Below, piece by piece: positions 40,529-52,989 of a stretch of 64,000 nt of DNA. Position numbers and translations under genes: made by a program. The stretch is from Styela clava (Eukaryota): assembly GCF_964204865.1 (NCBI RefSeq), contig NC_135255.1, positions 11,904,001-11,968,000 on the forward strand, in the 5' to 3' direction. Below the pieces are notes generated by a model that saw only the letters and a list, made by a program, of their open reading frames with translations, searched no databases and had not been told where the DNA came from. Positions within the stretch are counted from its first letter, which is position 1. Each line of letters begins with the position of its first letter.

Positions 40529-42482
40529 AGGTATATTTCAGGGTTAGTTGATCGAACAAGGCGATTCGGTGGTGTTACTAAAACTTATCCACGTGAGATG
40601 AGAATATTATAAAATATTAAAGCTTAAAATTTATGTGCATAGAAGGAAATTTTTGATTCTGGTAGCTGTTATGAATTGAATATTTTACGCGAAAAAAAGT
40701 CGGTATACGCTGAATAAGGCCGCTCCTATAACGAGCGAGTAATCGCGGCGACTTTTTCAGAAGGGAATGGGAATTTCCGATTTTGACCCCCCCCCCCCTT
40801 TAAAAATTCCTGGCTGCTGCGCGTCTGTATACCTTGCATATACATTTATTGGAAGTGATGATACTCTTCTGGAATTTTCTAAAGCATTACCCTTATCTTT
40901 ATTATCTGGATGAAAAGGAAATTTCCCTAAAATTGACGAACGGCTGCGAATCAACTTTGAAATCCAACAATCGTTTCGCTTTTGTCCGATAAGGTGTCGA
41001 TTTCCCCACAAAGTTGTTTCACGTGAAATTGAATTAATTAGCGAACAAAAAACTGTCTAGCCACCGTACGTGACACTATTAAAGATGATCAACTAGAACA
41101 ATCAAATAACAATTAGTATAGACAAAAACGAAGTATAAAACCAACTAAAACAGATTAATCTCAACCGACCAGAATTTTAATTGACCCTACTTCTTTGAAT
41201 ACACACCTAAAAAAATTCCATTCACGTTAGTTGCTTTCATTTCGTGTTATATATAGCCATGTACAAAGAGGCGTTAAACTTTGAACACAAATCCCTGACA
41301 CTTAATCTGCACGCAGTTTTAAGGACTAGTACAATATTTGCATCAACTAAAGAATCTCCACCCCAACTAAGCCCATTCTTCAGTTAATCTTAGTCCCAAT
41401 GTTTTCCACACGGCAACAGAGTATATTTGGTTACCTGGACCAGTGCGAAAAATACGAAAGCAAAGCAAGAAAAGATCGATGCTTAATATTTGGACACGAA
41501 AGTAAAAACGAAGTAGTTTGAGTATCCAATCTGTTACAGCCGACTACCGTTACTACAGACTTCACGACTCCGCCTGACTATTAATGCGAACGCGGAACCG
41601 CAACAAGTTGTGAAATTTTCAATTTCAAATGTCATTACACACAATGAAACGAATTCGTTGAAAAGCAAACCAAAATTTTGGAAATAAATAAAAGGAATAA
41701 TCCCTGAAAATATCAAAGCAATTGGTCCAGTAGGTAATGAGAAAGGCGATTTTTTTTCATAACAACAAGTACAATAATAAAAAATACAAAATGACGAATC
41801 AATAGGACCACTTACGTGTTCAATAAAAGGCATAATGAATATAGACAAAACATTTCGATCTGTGGAGAAAGCAAAGACGAGTACGTTATGAAACTCGATG
41901 ACGCTGCTTAATTCAGATTTCATGGAAAAAACCGCGGCAAAGAGCAGTAAACAATTCGCAATGACGAATACCTGTATACTCCTTCAAACGAATCCTGTTC
42001 ATTTTTGTATGAGCAAAAGACACCCGGACATACACTTTTAGGGAAAATAAAGTTTTGTTTGAGTAGGATAATGCACAACTAATACAAAACCCCAAGAACT
42101 TAACAAATAGGCGGACTTGTGATACATTGAACCGTAAAAAACAATGATACTGTATAAGAATGAATTAATAATTAGTATTCCAAAGCCTTACCAATCAATA
42201 TGAAAAGTCTGTATACGTATTCACATACTCGATATAAGAATGCTCATTTTTATCGATATAACCAGGGACGTAGCCAGAAATTTTCAACGGGGGAAAATTT
42301 GGAAATTCTAATTGACAAGTTAGACAGTAACAGATAGAGGGCCCCTGGAATGAAACCTTTCATTGGGTTATTGTTGCCGTCTGTCGGGCCAAATCAAAAT
42401 TTAATCAACAACGGTTGGGCGGCGTTCTATCCCTTTCCTGCACAGTCAAGTCCAAATATCTTGTGTTAACATTTTACATTAC

Positions 42483-42673
42483 ACAAGGTGTCCGTAAAAT
42501 CCGGTAACAAAATAACTTTGTGCTTCGTGAAGCTGATGGTGGACATGTGTATGTGTAATAAATGAAGTAAGCCTTAAATAAACACTCTAAAATTTAACAA
42601 ATGTGGTTAATATATATTCAGAACTGACTTCATAACAATATTTTGATTGCAAAAAGACTTTAAAACCACCTTG
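42483..42673 (+). mobile_element. Tc1/mariner-type MITE (diverged)
   Basis: caaggtg...caccttg ends; shared agaactgacttcataac core. Confidence 0.55.
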
Positions 42674-45600
42674 CACTATTTTTCTTATTTGGTGATTTGC
42701 TATAATGGGAGAAAATCCAAGAATTCAGAATAGGAAGGATTCAAAGTGGGACAAGAAGCAAAATAGTAACAAATTAAGAAACATTATACCAATGTACTTG
42801 AATCTAAACAGCCTTGACATTCTCAGACAACATTTAATTAAAATCTATTTAAACTGAAAAAATTCTGCGGTGTGAACAAGCTATTCCGGAATTGGTGCAA
42901 GCCGTCTGCGGGTTTGTGGCATGAAGTACCATGTATACCCAAATGGACCCACATTGTAGACTTTTTTTAACGTAGAACGCTCGCATGACTACGCATCAAG
43001 TGGCAGCTGGGGATTATTCTTAAACCTGAGTAAAAGAGTCAAGTTCATCATGTAAAAATGGATGTTTGTACGTGATATTAAGTGCAATATAACACGAATA
43101 CTTCTGGAAATATAAAGACCTGAACTTCTTTTGGCTATGAGGTATGATACCAAAATTTCTTATGAAACCGCCGAGTAATAATATAAAATGTATTGCGGTC
43201 CAGTCCACTTCATTTATTGCTCATACTCGAAAACAGATCATCTGTTACTTCAAAAATGACTGTGATTTTATTCGATTTTTCAGCAGTCGTGACCGCAAAG
43301 CTACAATCACGACAGTAAAAGAGCATTTGAGAATACATGACGAGTATTCAATCTCTCTCGAGTAGGTGCGCCTCACGCCCAACGCGATAGCCTTGGCTGG
43401 ATGTCAATTCACACCATTTTTGATTAAAGAGATATCCTATTTAGCATCATATATTATAAAATAGCATAACTTTTATGAGCCGGTTGCCTATTAGCGGGCA
43501 TTTATTTAGCCATACCCGATGGGATTCGTCGATTTGAAGTGTGGTATCACAATATTAAAAGCTATGGATTTGTAATTTTAGTGATAATTGTTTTTAGGTG
43601 AAGCGTTTGACAGGCGGTAAAGATGATAAACTACATATTAATTAAGGTATCGGCGGGATAAAAAGCAAATAGTAGTAAAGATTACTACGCTATTTACGTA
43701 ATACAGTCGTTACAGATGTCATTGAATAAAAACAAGTTTGTCAAGCATGACCAAGGTTAATTAAAATCAAAGAATGTCGATAGAGTAAACTCACGAAAGT
43801 ACTGCTTTTAATATTAAAAATTCATCACCACCACGCATGATCATATTTGAACTTTTTATTGCACAGTCAAAAGGGCTTTGAACTATGTCATATATAAATG
43901 TATAATATACATAGTCCCATGGCTCATTGGCAAATCAAACTATGCATAACAGTGTTGTTTCTGCAAATGCGTTTGTCACTTAGTTTATTATCACACTGTT
44001 TGATATTATTATTTCGCTATTCTGACGTAGAAAGATCTATAGTTACATTTATCCTACAACACATGACAGATAGCACATTTAGCAGTGGCCACATAAGACG
44101 AGAGATACTAAATCTATATATTTTATACATAAATAATCGTTGGCAGTCGATGATTATTGCAACACAGGTGGTCTATTAGTGTATAATTGTGCAATGGGTT
44201 TTTGGTTATCAGGCCCATAAAACAATAAAAATACATATTTGGTGGGGGAACGGGGGAACGATACCCATAACCGCATATTATTATAATATGTATTACGAAA
44301 CCAAGTGTATCCACTTTGATAAAAATTTCATAAGCGACTTTGTCACGAAGAGGATGTAAAAATCGTTTAAATACAAAACAAAAACTCGCCACCAATTTTA
44401 TCCGCCTAATTTACTTTCAATAGTTGGATCGGCGTACCCGCCTAAGCTTTGACCGCAACGAAAGTAGATCCATAAATTATACTTAAGGACGACAGTTGAC
44501 AAGGAGGAAAATAGTAAGTGCGTCGTGCATTGGCCTGGGTAAAAGCCAGGACTTGTGTAAAAATTAATATTGTGACGTGACACCGGGTAAGTGATAACTG
44601 ATTATTTGCATACAGTATGAATAATAACTGTAGTTTCAATACCTCATTATCGAATTACTAAAGCCGGTAATGTTTAGGATGAAAAACAATTCGCTCTATA
44701 TACTTATTATGAGTCTTTAATATGATGTCATTCTAACGTATATGCCTACATTATTAGATCCTCCGGACAGTGTCCCCAATGAGAATATGGAAGATGAAAT
44801 AAAAATACTCCAACAAGTCTTTACAACCAATAAACATCCCAACATGTTTCAGCTTAGGGTGAAATTAAACTGAAGTCAGTTAAATTCTAATGGTATACTT
44901 TGTATGTGGTGAGTATATTTATATTTACATAAATTATCATAACTTCACGAAATGCCAAAATATGTGAACACAAGGTGGCACTCGTGGGTTTTTGTAAACA
45001 CAAGCCTTTCCTTGGAACGAAATTGGTCAGTCACGAATCCGCGCGTTGGAGAGTTTTTCTCAAAACCCTCAACATTTCTAAGGTGAACAGCATGTTCCAA
45101 GGAAAAAAATGAAAGTGTTTTTGATTACGTCCAGTAAGCTTAAATTTAATGCGATCTTGTCCTAAAAACAACACCATAACACGACGACCCACAAAGTTCC
45201 ATTTCGTGTCCAAACAAATACTGAAAACAGCCTCAACTTAAAGAATAGACTACATATCGATAGTACGCCAGTCTAGGCTCTGCCGAATGAAAATCAACGA
45301 ATATTTTTTCCAGACTGCAAGAACAACAAAAATTTCTGGTAAGGGTGCATTATATCAGTTTTGCACGATGGGCTGTTAATTTAGAAGTTGGGCGTCTTTG
45401 AGGATGATTAATCGATTTAGACATCAGACAAGGGTACTTTATTTAGGCTGAAACATCAAAGCAATCCTTAAAAAAATATTAAAAAGGTAGTGGGTATGGT
45501 AGAAACAAATATAAGTCTATAGGCCTCGATGATTTTAAAACTCGGTAGAACTCCATGTGAATTGGGAAGATAGTTGTCAGCAACAACGTTTTCGTCGAAT

Positions 45601-46277
45601 GGCGTATCCCGTGGATTTTTAACGCCTCATACGACGACATATATTATAACTTGCTACGAGCGATAGCGAAAAACAGTTCGCTAATTACCCCGTATACATT
45701 ACATGTTTCGTATCTAGCACTCCAAGTAATGGTATTGTGATTCGATATGAAATAGCCACCTATACCTTCGATACCTGAGGTATCGAAAAAAACAAAAAAT
45801 GAGATGTTCACGTCATGTTTATAACGAAAGAGAGCAATGTTCAAGTATATGGGCACTATGGTAGTGACATCATCGCCAACATAACTCAAGTAATTTTAGA
45901 TTTCCGACGTCATTTTTCGCGACGCTTCACTAAAATACTGGCAATACAGACATAATTGTTTGTATGGCATCATAGATGTTGTCTCCTATAACTGAGCCAA
46001 TCCTTTATATTGCGCGTAGCACAGTGTAGCACAGCACATATCGATAAAATGCAACAAGAACGTATCTAATTCAAATTGATACTTCAAAACTGACCAGCTG
46101 TACAGTGTACATAACATGAAGAACGAGCACTTTCGACATTTGGAATCAATCGTCAATAATGGCTTCAAATAACCATTGGAAGTGACAACGTTGCGGAGTA
46201 TGCCTCGAGGAATGATCAGGAAAATCGAAAAAAATAAGAGTAAAGTTTTGAAACTACTCGGTAATCAGGCCCGCGTG

Positions 46278-46292
46278 TCAGTTAAAACAAAC
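46278..46292 (-). CDS. Candidate terminal exon of the SLF1-like gene (VCFN*)
   Basis: Nearest downstream acceptor outside the intronic transposon (ctacttttag), phase 0; AATAAA on the minus strand near 45440. No homology support. Confidence 0.3.
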   Translation of the reverse strand, partial: VCFN

Positions 46293-46375
46293 CTAAAAGT
46301 AGCAGCAAGTACCATAGGCATAGCCGAGATTCAATTTTAAATATGTGTGTCCAAACGACAAGACATCGTTTACAT

Positions 46376-47325
46376 CAGTGGTCGGCATACTTTGTGTACT
46401 AGCGAGCCAAATATACACCTTTCCGGTAGCGTGCGGGTCGTATTAATTTCCGCCTACGGACAATCGTCCATAAAACTTCAAATTATGGCGCACTCGCAAC
46501 TTCTAGCCTTGTGTTAAACGCCTTTAACAATGAGGCATGTATGAGGCCGTTTCTCATATTATATCAAACGCGATACATTGTTTCTTATTTACTCATCATC
46601 AGTGTAAAGGATGATGTTGTTTCTATGTGTAGGTCAGAGCGTTAAAATCAACTGGCAACTTTGTCCGGGTGTCGTTAATGAGCCATCTAACACTAAATGA
46701 AGACCCTGTAGTAGAATTTATTTATTTGAATATATTGTTGTTCCATGATTGTGTGTTTCTGAGATCATTTTCCATCCGATTGTTCCGTTGCAATATTTGC
46801 TGCTGTATTCAGCATTAAGGTGTCGCTGATTGAATGACTCTCAATGATCTTGTGAGTCATTCAATTAATGATCTGACAAGGATAGTATGCTTATTCTTAT
46901 AGTGTGAATATCAAGTTTGGATAAATCTGCTCACAGCAATATGTGCTTCCGACCATGTACATTACACGTTTTAAATTTTCATACAGATAAGCAGTCGCAT
47001 CCCAGGGTCTTGGCTCGATTTTGTTATTTGCAATGACACGTTCCGTAATGACGTTCAATATTAAATTTCTCAATAACTGCGATACTGGATGGCATATCAA
47101 GTAAACAGGTTTTGAAAGACACAGGAAAGATATATTTTCCCGTCCAGGCACTTTGGAATGTTCTACCCTCATCGCCATGCAACAAAATTAGCGCCGTACA
47201 GCAGTACATGACATTGATCTGTGTGTGGACAATTATGAATTTAGGATCAATTTTTGTAATATGTATTAAAAGTCGTTCGCGGGCGCAAAATAATTAGTTC
47301 GTGGGCCGCAGTTTGTCGACCATTG
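46376..47325 (-). mobile_element. hAT Buster/Charlie-type deletion derivative retaining the transposase C-terminus
   Basis: TIR CAGTGGTCGGCAtACT / AGTtTGTCGACCATTG; TSD gtttacat/atttacat (nnnTAnnn); decayed dimerisation motif YENLK...GSTYCCEQ. Confidence 0.85.
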
Positions 47326-47423
47326 ATTTACATGCTTTTCTCAATTTGTCATATAAACACTACCTCCTGCAAAAAAGCATACCACCTTCCTAGCTCAATT
47401 TGTGTAAAAACAACGGGTCCTAC

Positions 47424-47628
47424 CTTGATTAAATACATTGCCAAGTATTCAGCTCTCAAATGAGGTACGTCTTCAGCTTTTGAACGCGATATCTTGCTGG
47501 CGAGTTGTGGTGTAACAAGGACGTGTGTAAGAAGTTGTTTGGTTTCAACTTTTTTTGTTTTCGACTGAGAGTCAGAAGTATACCTCGAAGTTATGTCGAT
47601 AAACGTTCCACCACCAGCTTCAACGATT
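47424..47628 (-). CDS. SLF1: SLF1-like coding exon 5
   Basis: IVEAGGG...THVLV...VPHLRAEYLAMYLIK; aag acceptor, gtagga donor. Confidence 0.85.
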
Positions 47629-50600
47629 CTTGTTTCAGAGATGGGTAAAAAAAATAAAAATAAAAGGCTGATAAAAAAAACTACCTTTTAGCGGTATAGA
47701 GGAAGAGAGAGCGGATTGCAATAAATCGTAAAATATCTAATGGCTTACCTTGCATAAGCATGATAGAAATTACTGTCCATAACAAGACCAACGGTCCAGC
47801 CAAGAAATGGACGATCCATGTGTTTCACGTGAATTTTTTCTCTCCATCGTCTCGGAGCCTAATCATGAGAATGATAAATTTGTAATTTGAATAGAGCAGA
47901 TACAAACTTATTACACGCATTTTAATTCGGATTGAATCGTGGAGACATTAGGATAGCTTTTATAAATCTCGGAATTCCAGTAGTAACTCGTAACTTTCTT
48001 CAGAAATATGTCTCCTAATAATATAAGAGTGTGCGAGGAATTGCATTGTCATTTTTTAAATCCTGAGAAAGATTAGTATGTTGCTGCATAAAAAAAGTTG
48101 ATCATGTGCGCCACCTGAAGGACAAACTTTTAATGTCAATATTTGACAATGTTGAGAGAGAAATTCAGTTTCTATATCGTATTACTCGCAATAAATTTAA
48201 GTCTTTTTTTTTCTTCCTTCACAGATTGACTTTGAAAATGTGCGTATAATATGTGTTGTGTCGTTTTTAGTTCTACTAATTGATATTTTCTCATCCTGGT
48301 ATGCTTTCAGTTTACAGAACAGGGGAAATGAATGTCTTGTGCATCATTCTTTATTTTTTAATTGATTCAATTTTTTTTTTTTTTTTTGTTTACCATGCAA
48401 ATTTGGGAGTGAGATTAGCATTAGGATTAAAATATTTATCCTGGGGGGATAGGGGACAGTATCCGCCTCGCCAGCACATGGTGGTTCACGCACGCAACCA
48501 CAAGTCAGTTAAGGCTTCCTCCACCGCCACATTCCAAACCCATGCACGGCGCGAATAACGGACTCGAATCGAAGGTCGATAGCATGACCACGCTAACATG
48601 TGTATGGATGGGTTAAAGGAATATAATCCATCTCTTACAGAGGATAAAAAGAACAAAATTCGAAACAGGATTTTTAATGAGTCCCAGTTTTGATAAGGAT
48701 ACACGATCTTTAGGAGTACACCAAAGCTCACCCACACAATTAAAACCTGGAACTCCTATACATGATAATCAGAGAAAATCAGTGATCATAACCATTAAAT
48801 TCACATATACCCTACAACAGGGGTCGGCAACCCATGACACGCGTGCCAATTGTGGCACGCGAGAGGATTTCTAATGGCACGCCAAGCGATTTGAGCCATA
48901 TTCAGATACTTATTTTCGTAGTGCGACAAACATTCTACAATTGAACAAAAAATAACAAAGCGACAAATTCATTGAAAAAAACATGCAATATTTAACTGCA
49001 ATCGACGAGAGGCCGAAATCTGTACCCAAAATCGGTGTAGATAAGCGTGTGCAGTCAGTCGGTCATCCCTCTCCTTTCAAATTCTTGGAAAACTGAAAAA
49101 GTCGCAAATACCAGCTGCGATTGCTTTTTGCTAAAATTCCTGATTGTTTTTGTCAGCGTGACGTGTTATTTAGGCCGTAAACACTTTTAGTTGGTGTTTA
49201 TTTTCCCTGAATCACAACAATTATTTCAAGACAACGTTAATATTTCTTTATTTTTGCCCAGAATTGAAATTCGCTGAGAGTTATCATACAATCAATCGAA
49301 ACTAAATACAATTAGCCATTAGGCATATTTATCTCATACTTTTACATCAAAAGATTGGGTGGTATTTCAGACTAACAATGTTTATATTTTGACGCAAGAA
49401 GACGTAACCGCGAGTCACGTTGGACACAAAATTATATCAATATAGAAGAAAGTATTAGATTCTCGTCGCTGTCATGAATTGAATATTTTACTGGACAGAA
49501 AAGTTGGTATATGCTGAAAAACTCGGCATTTTTAACGAGCGCGTAATCGCGGCGACTGTTTTATAGCAGAATGGAAGTTTTCGATTTTGAAACATTCCCT
49601 TTCGAAGATCCTGACTGCGCGCCTGGCTGATTTTCATCATTTCACCGTGAGCTACATGTATCCCTAACAAAAACGATGAAATGAAGGCGTCCCGTAGTAT
49701 GTGCACCAAGATGGCGTACACCGGGACGTAGAATATGTACCAGCTACCAGGTTTGGGTTAGGGCATAATTTTATTCCAATTTTCCGCATTTCAGTTCTAT
49801 TACGAGTTTGGGGACTAGCCAAATGACTCCCGTAGTATTTTGTACCTGAAATTATGGTCAGACCCTAACCTGGTACACATACTACGGGAGTACCAAAATA
49901 AATTTATCTTTTTCAGTATTTATCGCGATTTTATTGTTTCTGGCTACAAAACTAATCGCGAGTGGCCTTAATACCTATTACTTAAGTCGTGCAAAGACAG
50001 GTCGGATGTAGAAATGCCTTATGCCAAAATCTCTTGTAAGCTAGTTTCCGTGCACAGTTATCCAATAAAATGAATTTGTTTCTCATCCACTTACTATTCA
50101 AATTAGGTAGTTGGCTATGCAAACCATACACATAAAAATGTTTAGCACGCGAAGGTGCTCATTATTTATAAACTGGCATGCCGAGTTCAAAAGGTTGCAG
50201 ACCCCTGCCCTACAAATACAATATCCAGTAATTGGAAAGGATGTAATAATAAAGATAATATTTTTTATCAACGTGAAACATAGATTACGGAGAAGAACAC
50301 CTCTTAGACAACAAATAAAACTTACAGTTTGTAAATCTTTAGGATAGAGAGGAGAAATGTTTATTCCCCATTCATAATCTTTTTCAGGCACCCACTGTTT
50401 TTTCACATTGCTTTCATGAAGAAAGTATGGTGTTAAAACCCATTTACCTAAAAATTGAAACAATCTCAAAATAATTTTCCATCATGGTTACTAAAGATAA
50501 TATAAACAATTAATCAAACACTACTGGCTATGAATAAGCATTGAAATATGTGCAAAATTTTACAATTTCCAATTACAATGTTTTCAACCAACTTGAAAAA

Positions 50601-51579
50601 GAGCGGAATGCGTTATACTTTACAATTTCATACCTGATGCACATGCAGCGAGATACTTTTCACAACGATTGGGTTTTTTGCATACAATATGAGTACAGGA
50701 GTGGATGTAATCCTGAAAATAAACCAATGTTACTAATGTAAATAACATAAGAACACAGAGAAGTACAGACCAAATTGTAGATACAGAGAACTGCCGGTAT
50801 CCATATTCATATTCATTTGACATTATGATATCGGTTTTATTATACTTGATATAAAGCAAATACCCGCTGCTGATACAATGCATCTCGAAAATATATGAAA
50901 CAGAGTAGAACATTATTAAACTATAGAGACACCTCAAATCACTTAGAAATAAAATTGAAAAGCTTCAAAGTTCCGCCATATGAATAAATCAAATTCATAT
51001 ATAATACAAACACTACACCAGGGCTGTGCAACCTTTGCTAAAAGCGGGCCAAATACAAATAACCTGGTGAAACCACGAGCGTCAACTTTATCAAACATAC
51101 CTAGGCCTTCTAGTAGTTGCAAACACAAAAATCATGATTATTCATCTTATGACATGTGTTGTTCGCTTCACACAAACTAGCTGTAAGGGCATTGTAGCGT
51201 CATAGGCACAGAAGGATTGGAATTATTCACATGTACCAGATTAAACTAAATCACAAACTCATTTTGCGGCCGCACACCATTCAAAATTTGCACTTCTGCG
51301 CAAACTGCAAAATTTTTCCTTGTGGGCTGCATTTGGCCTGGGGGCTGCAGGTTGCACACCCCCACTCTACACACAGACACAGTAGTACATAAACATATAT
51401 TTTCTGCAAGACCACATAAAATAATGTTGAAAAAATCTATCACGCACCTGTGAATTTGCAGGATCGGATAGATAAATTGCCTTTAAATTTTTAATAATAT
51501 TTATCATATATTTCTTTTCTGCTTCAGCATCAAATCCAGAAAGCATAATTCGTGGAACCATGTTGGCATTTTCATCCAT
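47424..51579 (-). CDS. SLF1: SLF1/ANKRD32-like tandem-BRCT protein: complement(join(47424..47628,47749..47858,50326..50447,50634..50712,51448..51579)), 216 aa core; 3' end unresolved
   Basis: Five GT-AG exons with matching phases (0,1,0,2) give MDENANMVPRIMLSGF...CTHIVCKKPNRCEKYLAACASGKWVLTPYFL...YEWG...APRRWRE...FLGWTV...RIVEAGGG...THVLV...LRAEYLAMYLIK. This is colinear with the SLF1 N-terminal BRCT pair (related to TOPBP1 BRCT7/8). The BRCTs start right after the initiator Met, as in SLF1. Confidence 0.85.
47749..47858 (-). CDS. SLF1: SLF1-like coding exon 4
   Basis: APRRWREKI...PFLGWTVGLVM; gattag acceptor, gtaagc donor. Confidence 0.88.
48465..48530 (+). mobile_element. SINE central fragment
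   Basis: ctcgcc...gtggttcacg...gttaaggcttcctccacc matches the 55.2 kb copy. Confidence 0.6.
48818..50207. mobile_element. hAT (Charlie/Buster-type) non-autonomous element carrying nested insertions
   Basis: TIR CAGGGGTCgGCAACC / GGTTGCaGACCCCTG; perfect 8-bp TSD CCCTACAA. Confidence 0.88.
49686..49894. mobile_element. MITE of the CCCGTAGTA / CCCTAACC family nested in the hAT element
   Basis: TIR GG...TCCCGTAGTATGTGYACCA; degenerate 8-bp flanks gaaatgaa/aaaataaa. Confidence 0.8.
50326..50447 (-). CDS. SLF1: SLF1-like coding exon 3
   Basis: GKWVLTPYFLHESNVKKQWVPEKDYEWG; tttttag acceptor, gtaagt donor. Confidence 0.9.
50634..50712 (-). CDS. SLF1: SLF1-like coding exon 2
   Basis: DYIHSCTHIVCKKPNRCEKYLAACAS; ttttcag acceptor, gtatga donor. 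Confidence 0.9.
51019..51364. mobile_element. hAT (Charlie-type) MITE in the first coding intron of the SLF1-like gene
   Basis: cagggctgtgcaacc / ggttgcacaccccca ends; TSD cactacac/ctctacac. Confidence 0.75.
51448..51579 (-). CDS. SLF1: SLF1-like coding exon 1
   Basis: 44 codons; acceptor 4 nt upstream of ATG; donor CAG/gtgcgt. Confidence 0.85.
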
Positions 51580-52704
51580 TTATCTAGCGTTAAAATACAC
51601 CACTTCGATCTTACCACTAAAACTTTGGAAATAAAAAATACCATGAAAACTTTGTATGAAATACTAACTTCACTAAGACATGGGACACCACTGCTTTATT
51701 AAGATAAGATATTTATATTTGTGCCAAGAAGAAAGACGCTGTTAACATTCATTCATATAATTTTTAATGGTTACAGTCGGGCTTGGATCGAGGAGGAAGG
51801 CTGTAGAAATTATGAGAGAAATCTATATATATTATAGAAATTGACTCCATTCCACTGTCAACTGTCAATTTAACATTGACTACATAAAATATCCAAGTAT
51901 AATATAATGCATTCTGACCAAACCTTTGGTGTTGTGAGTTGTCTGATATACTTATAAATGCAGGTGGGCAAGATAAACCGCAGTTCATTTTGTCTCGTCG
52001 GCAAAAAAGCCTTGCTAAATGACAAGACACTTGAGATATTTTTATTGTGATCTTTTTATAGTGTGGTTTCAATACAGAATCTGCGAGCCATTAATGGTAT
52101 TGCAATGGGTGTGTTATCTGGTCATGGAAATTTTTCTAATCAGTTCGGGAACTACTGCACTAGACCATGTCTTCATATTGTATGAAAGTTATCTTTGTAA
52201 GTGAGCTATTTCTTCAATTTAAAATAGATATAAAATCCAATAATAATTGAGCCTTGCATCATAACACAGTTATAATGTTTTTCAGATATTATGCACCTAT
52301 CAATAGAATTTTCTATCTATCCAAAAATCTTCCAGTTTTTTTTGCTATTATGTAAACCGACCTTCAGAATTATGAGAATTGACATAGCTGCATAGTCAGC
52401 ATGGTGCATGTTTTCAACATAAGGTCAGGCATTACAGCATTATGTTATAATAATATTTTTTTATCTTTCATGTATTGCCTTTAAATAATTATCAAGTAGA
52501 TATGAAGAAACTTACTTTGTGCCTAAGTCAGTAAGTTGCATAAAACCTCCATAACAATATGAATTCTTAACATGCTAATAACTGTGCTTCATTAGTCACA
52601 ATAACATAACAGCAAAGTCAAGTAGAGTATTCTAATCACCTTATTAGGGGATTTCCCCATGTTGGCGGCAACGCCGTGGTGCGTTGAGTCATATATCCGA
52701 ACCA

Positions 52705-52768
52705 AATAGGATAAAATGCTCTTATTTATTCCGGGGGAGAAACCCGATAAAACAACTTAATCATATCC
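52705..52768 (-). mobile_element. SINE 3' fragment
   Basis: tttattccgggggagaaacccgataa is the reverse complement of the SINE 3' end. Confidence 0.55.
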
Positions 52769-52989
52769 AAATTTAGGGTTGCCAACCGTCCTTCCTTTAG
52801 GTCTTAGGAGGACAGCCATGTAATTAGGCTCTCCTAACTATATGAATATTTTGTTTTCTATTTAGATGGTGTAATTCCACATAAGAGATGTAGACGGTAT
52901 AATTTAGCTCCTGTACCTATTATTGTGATTTGTCACCAGTCGGGCTATATTGGATTCCACCATTCGTTTACATTTGCTGTGGTATTCTA

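Noticed and set aside
11717-46168. Most 60-130 aa ORFs in the ORF track
   Set aside because: Random-length frames in AT-rich DNA, many with non-ATG starts and no recognisable domains
47790-47820. DRPFL motif as an alternative serpin reactive-loop exon
   Set aside because: Wrong strand, and fully explained as SLF1-like exon 4
47424-51579. Calling the BRCT gene TOPBP1
   Set aside because: The BRCT pair begins right after the start Met and no upstream BRCT exons were found, which fits SLF1 architecture
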